The position numbers were made by a program, and so were the translations under genes. The notes beneath the pieces were generated by a model, which was not told the origin of the DNA, searched no databases, and was given only the letters and a program-made list of their open reading frames with translations. A stretch of 63,111 nucleotides of DNA from a virus (Duplodnaviria; Caudoviricetes): positions 1 to 63,111 of IMG/VR virus record IMGVR_UViG_3300048898_000040. One strand, written 5' to 3'. This document shows positions 1-7,270 of the stretch, in pieces; the first letter of the stretch is position 1; each line of letters starts with the position of its first letter.

Positions 1-31
1 CAGAGTGCCCGAGGTAGTTCATCTCGGTAAT
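1..31. repeat. Terminal direct repeat (identical to 63081-63111); circular assembly overlap
   Basis: cagagtgcccgaggtagttcatctcggtaat occurs at both ends, and a reading frame runs across the junction. Confidence 0.95.
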
Positions 32-337
32 GCGCCCGTCGACCCCGGTGTGCTGTAATACGGAACTGAGAACCCCGTACACTCCGACCCCTGTATCCGG
101 GTTACCCAGAATCTGATCGATGCGTACATAACTGCCCCGGGTGTCGTGCACGTCCACCCGAAGTTGTCGCAAAAACCGTCCACGGGCTCCGCTGGCCACG
201 GGGGCGAGCCAACGGAGCACCGCGAACGGCTTGGTCGGGTTATCGAGGACGGCTCCGGGGGAATACCATCTCTCGGCAGGAATTGCCCCGACCAAACCAG
301 GACTGGCCAGAATGAGATCGCGCACGGTTGCTCGCAT
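1..337 (-). CDS. Tail terminator-like protein, 5' part (continues across the junction to the stop at 63007)
   Basis: ATG at 337 overlaps the stop of the neck gene; MRATVRDLILASPGL...LRVDVHDTRGSYVRIDQIL...YLGHSGDQEDDTYLTNYKFSSWQVIGVDL*; lies between neck gene and major tail gene. Confidence 0.7.
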   Translation of the reverse strand, partial: MRATVRDLILASPGLVGAIPAERWYSPGAVLDNPTKPFAVLRWLAPVASGARGRFLRQLRVDVHDTRGSYVRIDQILGNPDTGVGVYGVLSSVLQHTGVDGRITEMNYLGHS

Positions 338-711
338 TAGCCCATCCTGTCCATTATCTTGGTTAGCATGCCGATGACCTTCGGCGCGAAGCGTTCAATG
401 GCAGGCCATATGATGGGTTGGGCCCGCATGTTCTCGGTGCCCTCCTCGAGGTACACCCCGTAGTCCACCGAGTGCCCCAGCACGATGGCGAAGGTGGCCT
501 CCATGATGGCCCGCCGACTCTTCTGCGCGATGGCGAAGAGGCCGTTGCGCGCATTAGTCGTGCGGTCCGTCCAGGGAGCGTTGTGCTTCATCCATCGCTC
601 CGTGGGGCCGTCCCAGTACTTGACCACACCATAGAGCGCGCGCTGGAGCTTCTCCTCCATGTGACGCGGGCTCTTGAACTTGGAGATGTCCCAGGTGAAG
701 CTACTGCCCAC
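337..711 (-). CDS. HK97 gp10-like neck / tail completion protein
   Basis: APWTDRTTNARNGL and HSVDYGVYLEEGT motifs typical of this family; synteny. Confidence 0.75.
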   Translation of the reverse strand: MGSSFTWDISKFKSPRHMEEKLQRALYGVVKYWDGPTERWMKHNAPWTDRTTNARNGLFAIAQKSRRAIMEATFAIVLGHSVDYGVYLEEGTENMRAQPIIWPAIERFAPKVIGMLTKIMDRMG

Positions 712-1072
712 GGTAGACCACCTCCGCCTTCACTTGGTACTGCCTATTCTCGTTCACGAACACCACTTCGAAGCGGCTACCGCGATGCGTGAACGTATCG
801 AAGCGCTCTATGTCGGCGTCGAACATGCCTTGCAGCATGTACGTCGGTCGTACTGCCTTACCGTCGGCCGTGAATCTCTCGTCGCTACCGTCGGCTAGCG
901 GGATGAGCCGCAGTACCTGCGGAGGGAGCGGGGAGGGAGAGCCTTCAACGACCCCGCCCGCCCCGTCCGACAGCTTTCCAGCGCGGTAGAGCACCACTTC
1001 CAGGCTGTCCGCATCGATGAACGCCTTGGTGATCATGCGCTGGGCTCGTACCTCGGCCGACTGGATGGGCAT
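701..1072 (-). CDS. Head-tail stopper / closure protein
   Basis: Start MPIQSAEV at 1072 overlaps the upstream stop; beta-rich ~123 aa; synteny. Confidence 0.6.
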   Translation of the reverse strand: MPIQSAEVRAQRMITKAFIDADSLEVVLYRAGKLSDGAGGVVEGSPSPLPPQVLRLIPLADGSDERFTADGKAVRPTYMLQGMFDADIERFDTFTHRGSRFEVVFVNENRQYQVKAEVVYRGQ

Positions 1073-1392
1073 TACGCCACCGTCCTCCGAATGCGCTGGA
1101 TAACGGGACCGGTGGTCGTGTCGATCGCTCCGGCATCTATCCCGGCATACAGCTCGCCCATTTCGGTGGCGTTCTTGCGCAGATCGCTGAGCTTGCGGCT
1201 GGAGCCGCTCTCGCTCACGTCGACCAGGGAGGCGTACTGACCGGCCTTGAGGTACCAGACCTGAGCTGCGGCGGCGTTCAGAGTGTCCGTGCCGTCGATG
1301 GCAGCCGCCAGTTTCTCGTCGTCCCAGCCGCCGCACTCGTCGTCCTCGTTCACCATCTGCCGCAGCGTCAGGATCTGCCCCTCGGTGGCCAT
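1072..1392 (-). CDS. Head-tail adaptor protein
   Basis: 106 aa helical protein with AAAQVWYLKA...DVSESGSSRKLS; position after capsid genes. Confidence 0.65.
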   Translation of the reverse strand: MATEGQILTLRQMVNEDDECGGWDDEKLAAAIDGTDTLNAAAAQVWYLKAGQYASLVDVSESGSSRKLSDLRKNATEMGELYAGIDAGAIDTTTGPVIQRIRRTVA

Positions 1393-1919
1393 CAGTCCTC
1401 CGACTCCTCGAGCTCCTTGTCGTCCTGCTGGAGACGCTCGACCAGCTCGGCACGCTTACCGGTACGCGGGATGGCGTCCAGGTTGGCGGCCTTGCGGTCG
1501 ACGTTGCGGCTGTCGATCTCCTCCTGGAGACGGGCCACCGTCCAGTACTTCTCGTCGGAGTAGTCCGGCGTGGTATCCGGCGCGCCCTCGGGCGGCTGAC
1601 CGTCGACGCCGGTGTTGTCCCGGATCAGGCCGATGGCTGGGTCACCGGTCACGGCCACGTTCGGGTTAGCCTCCTCGGCCTGCTCCCGCTCCAGCCTCTC
1701 TATCTCGTTCTGAGCGTCGGCCATCTGGGTGCGCAGCTCCGAGATACGCTCCTCGCGGCTCATGCTGGCCTGCTTGGCTTCCCGGCCGTACTTCTCGTCG
1801 TTGGCCCGGAGACGCTGGCCCATGGTCATGTTGTTACCGGCCGGGGCGTCGAGGCGCTGCTCGATCCAAGCGCGGTCCTCGTCGCCGATCTCTTCGTCCC
1901 AATTGATCTCGCGTGCGAT
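1392..1919 (-). CDS. Acidic hypothetical protein after the capsid gene, with a C-terminal SAP/HeH-like motif; possible ATC start at 1919 (first ATG at 1829)
   Basis: C-terminal WTVARLQEEI...TGKRAELVERL; frame stays open up to an ATC 9 nt after AAGGAGG. Confidence 0.6.
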   Translation of the reverse strand: MAREINWDEEIGDEDRAWIEQRLDAPAGNNMTMGQRLRANDEKYGREAKQASMSREERISELRTQMADAQNEIERLEREQAEEANPNVAVTGDPAIGLIRDNTGVDGQPPEGAPDTTPDYSDEKYWTVARLQEEIDSRNVDRKAANLDAIPRTGKRAELVERLQQDDKELEESED

Positions 1920-1946
1920 GGCTACTGCCCTCCTTGCTGCAGAAGG

Positions 1947-1994
1947 GAGAGCGGGGAGGGCCAGCGACCGAAAGAACTAGCGCTCCCCGCGCTC
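1947..1994 (-). terminator. Hairpin downstream of the major capsid gene
   Basis: Minus strand GAGCGCGGGGAGCGCTAG...CTGGCCCTCCCCGCTCTC, imperfect inverted repeat. Confidence 0.45.
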
Positions 1995-1997
1995 CGG

Positions 1998-3266
1998 CTA
2001 GGCGTACTGCGACGGAACGGTGTAGGAACCGCTCGAGGTGATCTGCATGACGTACGTGCCGCCACGCTGCCGGACGCCGGTCCCGAAACCGCGCTGCCAG
2101 TACGAGTCCTGCAGCGGGTAGTCGTCCTGCCGGGTCTTGACCATCCGCAGGCCCCGAAGGTCCGGGCGCGCGTGCTCCCGGATGCCGACGGGGTTCTGGA
2201 GGTTCTCCGGGCCACCGGTGGCGCTGGTGACCACGTACCCGGCCGGGAAGTAGTCGTTCTCCAGGATCAGGCCGTCGCCGTACTGACCGAGAACCTTGAA
2301 GCCCCGGTAGGTGGAGGGCGGCTGGGGAACGCCGTTCTGGTTCGTCTGGAGCTGCACCGGGAGCAGGAAATTCGGCGTGCCCTGCGCCGGTATGAAGTCC
2401 CAGCGGCTGGTGCCACCGTTGTAGATGCTCTTGAAGGTGCGGATGGTGGCCGACTCCTGCTTGTTGACCAGGTGCAGGATGACGTACCCGTTGGCCACGC
2501 TGTATCCGTGAGACGCCAGATCGTCCTGGGCCTCGTCGAGGTCACCGCTGTTGATGGTGGCCGCGCCGCTGGTCACGAAGTGCGTGTGGCTGCCGGTGAA
2601 CGTGTTCGTGGTGTACGTCGGCGGGACGGTGCCGTCCGCGTTGTAGAACGTGTACACGTTGAACTGCTCGTTGTTGATGACCGCGAGCCGGTTCGTGTTG
2701 CGGTACAGCGTCCGCATGACCTCGAGGAACACGAGGCGCTGGTCGCCTTCGAGCACCATGTCGAAGACGCTGCGCACCTGCTCGGCGCTGGCTTCGGCGA
2801 GGAACTTCCAGGTGTACCGCGCGCCGGTGTCGTACCAGTCGAACGCGAAGCCCAGGCTGTAGTACGTGACGCCGGGCCGGATACCGACCGGGACGCCGTA
2901 CTCGGAGGCCTTCTCGAAGGTGGCCGTACTGCCCGCCTGCGGGATGCGCTCGTACGGGTTGGTGACGGTGTACGTGAGCAGGTCGACGAGAGGCTGGCGC
3001 TGGTTGCGCAGCAGGGTCAGAACCCGCGTGAACTCGTTGAACAGCTCGGTGGTGCTGATGCCGTCCGTGGTGGTCCGGATGACATCGGATTCGGCGTTGA
3101 AACCTTGCGGCTGCGTGCCGCCGAAGGGGGCGACCTCGAGACCGAGCTCCCGGCGGAAACCGGGGTCCATCATCAGGTTGATGGCACCGCGCACCCGACG
3201 AGCCGGGTCGATCATGCTGCCCGGGAGGACCAGTCGGCCGGTACCCGGAATGGTGAGCGTGGTCAT
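1998..3266 (-). CDS. Major capsid protein
   Basis: 422 aa, strong GC3 bias, follows scaffold and decoration genes; FEKASEYGVP and RGFGTGVRQRG motifs. Confidence 0.85.
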   Translation of the reverse strand: MTTLTIPGTGRLVLPGSMIDPARRVRGAINLMMDPGFRRELGLEVAPFGGTQPQGFNAESDVIRTTTDGISTTELFNEFTRVLTLLRNQRQPLVDLLTYTVTNPYERIPQAGSTATFEKASEYGVPVGIRPGVTYYSLGFAFDWYDTGARYTWKFLAEASAEQVRSVFDMVLEGDQRLVFLEVMRTLYRNTNRLAVINNEQFNVYTFYNADGTVPPTYTTNTFTGSHTHFVTSGAATINSGDLDEAQDDLASHGYSVANGYVILHLVNKQESATIRTFKSIYNGGTSRWDFIPAQGTPNFLLPVQLQTNQNGVPQPPSTYRGFKVLGQYGDGLILENDYFPAGYVVTSATGGPENLQNPVGIREHARPDLRGLRMVKTRQDDYPLQDSYWQRGFGTGVRQRGGTYVMQITSSGSYTVPSQYA

Positions 3267-3282
3267 GTCAGGGGTCCTCCTC

Positions 3283-3699
3283 TCAGGTGATGTTCTTGCC
3301 GGTCTGGCACCGGATGATCATGCGAGTGGCCTCGACGGTCCAGCCGACCATCTGGAGACCGGTGATGGTGCCCGACGCCGGGACGAGGCTGTTGCCGTCC
3401 GCCGCCGCGAAGTACCGCTGGCCCGCGATGAGGCCGGTCAGCTCGACGACCTCGCCGTCCTGCATGACGTCGACCACGTCGTTGGCGAACTTGTTGCCCT
3501 GCCAGATGCTGCCGACCTGGGTACCGGTGATGCAGACGATACCGATGAAGCCTGTCTGTCCGCCAGTGCCCTTGATGATCTTGCCGCTGGTGTTCAGGCT
3601 GACCGGCACGACCTTGTTCAGGTCCGCGCTCGACCAGTCAGCGTTCAGCGGTGCTCGGAAACTCCCGCTGAGCGGCTCGACTTTATCGAAACGAGCCAT
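3283..3699 (-). CDS. Capsid decoration / cement protein
   Basis: 138 aa beta-rich protein between scaffold and major capsid protein. Confidence 0.65.
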   Translation of the reverse strand: MARFDKVEPLSGSFRAPLNADWSSADLNKVVPVSLNTSGKIIKGTGGQTGFIGIVCITGTQVGSIWQGNKFANDVVDVMQDGEVVELTGLIAGQRYFAAADGNSLVPASGTITGLQMVGWTVEATRMIIRCQTGKNIT

Positions 3700-3717
3700 G
3701 CGATGACACTCCCTCCC

Positions 3718-4431
3718 CTATCGATTCAGGTACTTGTCGTAACGGGAGGGGACCTTGTCGTCGCCCGTCTTCCCGTTCACCTTGCTACCGATCTTCTGAC
3801 CGGTCGGAGCCTTGGGGGTCTCCTCTTTCCTGCCACCGTCGTCCTTGACGAGGTGCGGCTTCGCCTTGGCCAGCTCGGTGAGCTTGGTCTTCAGCTTGCC
3901 CGTGTCGACCTTGCCGTCTTCGCCGATCACCTCAGCGAGGTAACCCTGCCGCTCCGCCAGAGCGAGAGCGTCGGCCGGGTCGTGCCAGGTGATTTTCGTG
4001 TCCGCCGAAAGGAACGCGTTCTGCAACCGAAGACCAGCAATCTCCTCAGCCTGCTTCGCGTTCTGCTTGGTGAGCTCCTCGGCGCGCTCCGTCGCCTTGG
4101 TGAGCTCGTCCTTATTGGCGTCGTCGATCTCCTTCAGGCGCTTCTCGGCAGCGCTCCGACCTTTGTCGGCCGCACTGAGCTGCCTCCGAAGTTTGTCGAA
4201 ATCCTCACGAGATACCTGGCCCGTACCGCCGTCTTCCCCGTCTTCCCCAGTTTCGGTGGTGTCGTCGTCGTCCGACTCTCCGTTCGGCTCGCCTTCGCCA
4301 CCCTCCTCGCCTTCGGCCCCGAAGATCGGGTAGACGTTCCGACCCTGCCACGTGAACAGTGGCGCGAGGTCGAATCCGCTCTTCTGGGACTCGGTGGTGA
4401 CCCGCAGTACGTCGTTCTGGGTGTTCGTCAT
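3718..4431 (-). CDS. Capsid scaffolding protein
   Basis: Acidic low-complexity N-terminus, coiled coil, LAKAKPHLVK near the C-terminus; synteny. Confidence 0.8.
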   Translation of the reverse strand: MTNTQNDVLRVTTESQKSGFDLAPLFTWQGRNVYPIFGAEGEEGGEGEPNGESDDDDTTETGEDGEDGGTGQVSREDFDKLRRQLSAADKGRSAAEKRLKEIDDANKDELTKATERAEELTKQNAKQAEEIAGLRLQNAFLSADTKITWHDPADALALAERQGYLAEVIGEDGKVDTGKLKTKLTELAKAKPHLVKDDGGRKEETPKAPTGQKIGSKVNGKTGDDKVPSRYDKYLNR

Positions 4432-4542
4432 TTCGGTCTATTCTCCTGTTGAAAGGGACCGCACTGTGCCCGAAGGGGTGGCCGCGCCGTGCCATCGCTA
4501 CGGCCAGCATACCGGAGCTGGCCATCTATCCAGGGTACGGCT

Positions 4543-6009
4543 CTAGAGGCGCGCAGTTGCCCTCTGAGCGGTCAGAATTGCCCGAACATGCTCGGTCAAT
4601 ACCGCCGTCACATCTGCGGGGAGAGGGAGGGAGGGAGTTTCACTCGAGATGTTGTATCTCTCGAGATAATTGACCACCAGGCCATTGAGAACTCGCCAAG
4701 AGTCCAGCCGGTCAACCTGCCACCCGTTCAGGATTCGGTACTGTTCCGACCCGTTGACCACCCACGTAGCGAACACGCGGTACTGCTCCGTGGCATTCTT
4801 GGTGAAGGCGTTGTAGATGCGCCACGAGTCGGCTACGTCCTTCACGAAGCCAGTACCGCTCAGGATGGTGTACAGCTCGGAAGCGTCCTTCGTGAACGCG
4901 TTGGTGACCCGGTAGGTTTCGCTATTATTCTTCGTCCAGGAATTTAGGACGCGGTAGCTTTCCGGGCCGTCTTTGGTCCAGGTATTCAGTACTCGATAAG
5001 TCTCACCGAAGTTCGCCGTCCAGCCATTCAGCACCCGATACGTCTCGGGCGCGTCCTTTTGGAAGGTAGTACCCGAGAGAACGTTGTAGGTCTCCGAGGC
5101 GTTCTTCGTGAAGGCATTGGTGACGCGGTACTGCTCGACAACGTCCTTGGTTAGGCCGTTGGTTACTCGGTACTGCTCCGCCGAATCCTTCGTGAAGCCG
5201 TTGGTTACTCGGTACGTTTCTGCCGCGTTCTTGGTAAAAGCGTTCAGCACCCGGTACGTATCGGGGCCGTCTTTGGTAAACCCGTTCAGGACTCGGTAAG
5301 ACTCCGCCGCATTCTTGGTGAGGGCGTTGACGACCCGATACGTCTCACTAGCGTTCTTGGTGAACGCATTGACCACCCGATACGTCTCAGAACCGTTCTT
5401 TGTGAACGAGTTGAAGACGCGATACGTCTCGGTAGCATCCTTCGTGAACGGGGTGCCGCTAGCGTTGGCCTCATAGACCACGTCGACGAAGTAGACCTCG
5501 CTCGAAAAGTGGTCGTTGGGATAGCTGATGCTACCGGCATAGTTATACCGCCCATTGCGTACCAGCATCCCGGCGTAGGTGCTGTTGTGAGCGATGCCAA
5601 CGATGTTGCCATTGGTCAAGTCCGTATTCAGGATGCCAGAGCTGGAGGCGTAGCGACCGACACTGCTGAACACGGCGGGTACATAGACGGTGTCCTTGGT
5701 GACCGCTACGGGGGCGGCGAACGTGACGGTATTCCAGGTACCTGCGGTCAGAGTGCCAAAGGTACCGCTCGCGCCGCTTACCGCCGTGCCTGTACCACCG
5801 CCGGGGTCGTCCGAGCCACTGTCCTGGGTGGTCATGGTGTATAGCTGAGCGGTATAGGTGCCGCCGGTCAGACTCGTATGGGCGTAGAACTTGATGCCTT
5901 TGACCACACCGTCTTTGACAAACCGCATGGCCAGCCCGAAGCTGATGCCGTTCGCATCGAAGAAGAAACTACTTGGCGTCTGCGAGGTGAACAGATTCTC
6001 ATCAACCAT
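4543..6009 (-). CDS. Fibre-like protein: N-terminal DUF4082-like beta-sandwich plus ~19 tandem 14-aa repeats
   Basis: LAMRF...GIKFY...WNTVTFAAPVAV...YFVDVVY, then (F/W)TK(D/N)xxExYRVxN repeats. Confidence 0.7.
   Translation of the reverse strand: MVDENLFTSQTPSSFFFDANGISFGLAMRFVKDGVVKGIKFYAHTSLTGGTYTAQLYTMTTQDSGSDDPGGGTGTAVSGASGTFGTLTAGTWNTVTFAAPVAVTKDTVYVPAVFSSVGRYASSSGILNTDLTNGNIVGIAHNSTYAGMLVRNGRYNYAGSISYPNDHFSSEVYFVDVVYEANASGTPFTKDATETYRVFNSFTKNGSETYRVVNAFTKNASETYRVVNALTKNAAESYRVLNGFTKDGPDTYRVLNAFTKNAAETYRVTNGFTKDSAEQYRVTNGLTKDVVEQYRVTNAFTKNASETYNVLSGTTFQKDAPETYRVLNGWTANFGETYRVLNTWTKDGPESYRVLNSWTKNNSETYRVTNAFTKDASELYTILSGTGFVKDVADSWRIYNAFTKNATEQYRVFATWVVNGSEQYRILNGWQVDRLDSWRVLNGLVVNYLERYNISSETPSLPLPADVTAVLTEHVRAILTAQRATARL
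4645..5448 (-). repeat. Degenerate 42-bp (14-aa) coding tandem repeats
   Basis: FTKDATETYRVFNS / FTKNGSETYRVVNA / LTKNAAESYRVLNG and so on. Confidence 0.9.
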
Positions 6010-6021
6010 CGGGCTGCCCCT

Positions 6022-6261
6022 CTAGACCTGCGGCCAGTGCTGTGTGGTGTTGTTGCACTGTGTCAGGTTCCACAGCGTGGTGTCGAGGCCTTCCTTGGTG
6101 ACCAGGCTCTCCCGCTGCGGGAGTACCTCCGCCACGTCGTTGAAGACCATACGCACATCCCCCCCGTCCGCCTCCGCAGAGGTGAGCACGAAGGTACCGC
6201 CCTTCAGGGCGAACCAGCACCCAGTGTGGATGCTGGCCTCCGACGTGTTGATATTAGCCAT
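6022..6261 (-). CDS. Hypothetical protein
   Basis: 79 aa ORF tightly packed in the operon. Confidence 0.6.
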   Translation of the reverse strand: MANINTSEASIHTGCWFALKGGTFVLTSAEADGGDVRMVFNDVAEVLPQRESLVTKEGLDTTLWNLTQCNNTTQHWPQV

Positions 6262-6775
6262 CCCCGGTCACCCGCAGGGTGAAGCCGTCGCCGACGATGG
6301 CCGCCGTGCTGGCCGCCACGGTGCGCTTGAGCCACACCGCCTTGCACTGCCCGGCCAGCAGCGTGCCGATACTGAGCAGGCTCGTGCCGAAGGTACCGAC
6401 ACCGCTCGGGGCAGTGTTCTCGTCGGCCACCTGCGCCGCCTGCGCGCTGGCCGAACCGGCCGAGCTCGTGGCTATGTTGTCCAGGGCGGCCGTCGTGGTA
6501 CCACCGCCCGCCACCTCGCTGACCACCTGCACGCCGACATTCAGCGCGCTGTCCGTGGCGTGGCTGTTGTAGACGAACACGCACGAGTACTCAGTGTCTC
6601 CGGCGCTAGCCTCCGAGCTGCTGACGTCGTCGAAGTAGGCGTTGGGCGGGTTCGCCACGTCCGTGGTGGACATGTACTTACCGAGGCTGCCCGCCCGGGT
6701 GCCTGCCGTACTGTTACCGGCCGAACCGGTTGTGACGCTGTACCTGATCTTGATGTCGCTTGCAGCAACAACCAT
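6254..6775 (-). CDS. Putative virion structural protein (beta-rich, Ser/Thr/Ala-rich)
   Basis: Start MVVAASDIKIRYS; ...EYSCVFVYNSH...KAVWLKRTV. Confidence 0.55.
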   Translation of the reverse strand: MVVAASDIKIRYSVTTGSAGNSTAGTRAGSLGKYMSTTDVANPPNAYFDDVSSSEASAGDTEYSCVFVYNSHATDSALNVGVQVVSEVAGGGTTTAALDNIATSSAGSASAQAAQVADENTAPSGVGTFGTSLLSIGTLLAGQCKAVWLKRTVAASTAAIVGDGFTLRVTGDG

Positions 6776-6780
6776 CTTCC

Positions 6781-7116
6781 CTAGCCTTCCCTCGTAACTA
6801 CCTTGTCGAGACGTGCCTTGCCCTCGATCAGTCGAAACCGATCGGTGCCGACCAGGTGCAGGTCGTATACCGCCGTACCGACCCAATCGTATACGGCAGT
6901 TTCGTCCGAGGGGATCTCGAGTACTAGCTGGCGGTTGACTGTGTCCACCGTGAACCAGCTCGGATCCATTTCGGCCAGCACTTCTTCGCTGCTCTTGGTC
7001 TTGCGGATTTGCATCTCTCCGCCGTAGCCACCGAGCGTTTCCGGCCCGTCGACAATGTCCACCACTAGCTGATAGGTATCGGCCTGCGGGATGCAGATGT
7101 CGTATTGTGTGGTCAC
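6781..7116 (-). CDS. Small Ig-like virion protein (BppU-N / neck-appendage-like)
   Basis: GTG start; QADTYQL...MQIRK...AVYDLHL...RLIEGKARL pattern. Confidence 0.5.
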   Translation of the reverse strand: MTTQYDICIPQADTYQLVVDIVDGPETLGGYGGEMQIRKTKSSEEVLAEMDPSWFTVDTVNRQLVLEIPSDETAVYDWVGTAVYDLHLVGTDRFRLIEGKARLDKVVTREG

Positions 7117-7268
7117 TCTTCGGCCTCCACTTCTACCGGCGCGGGTGGCATACCGGCCAGATGTCGGTAAGCGTCCTCCGGGCTCATGCCCTGCTCTTCG
7201 GGCGGGGTTACCTCCACCATCAACACGTTCTCGTTGTCGGTAAGAGCTGTCTTCGGCTTGTCTGCCAT
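7113..7268 (-). CDS. Small acidic hypothetical protein (51 aa)
   Basis: MADKPKTALTDNENVLMVEVTPPEEQ...EAEE*; fills the gap directly after the ART gene. Confidence 0.5.
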   Translation of the reverse strand: MADKPKTALTDNENVLMVEVTPPEEQGMSPEDAYRHLAGMPPAPVEVEAEE

Positions 7269-7270
7269 TG

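Noticed and set aside
1-31. 31-bp terminal direct repeat as a biological terminal repeat
   Set aside because: It falls inside a coding gene and its length matches a typical assembler k-mer overlap, so it indicates circularity only.
4645-5448. CRISPR-like or DGR-like periodic repeats
   Set aside because: The repeats are in-frame, degenerate protein repeats with no spacers, and no reverse transcriptase is present.
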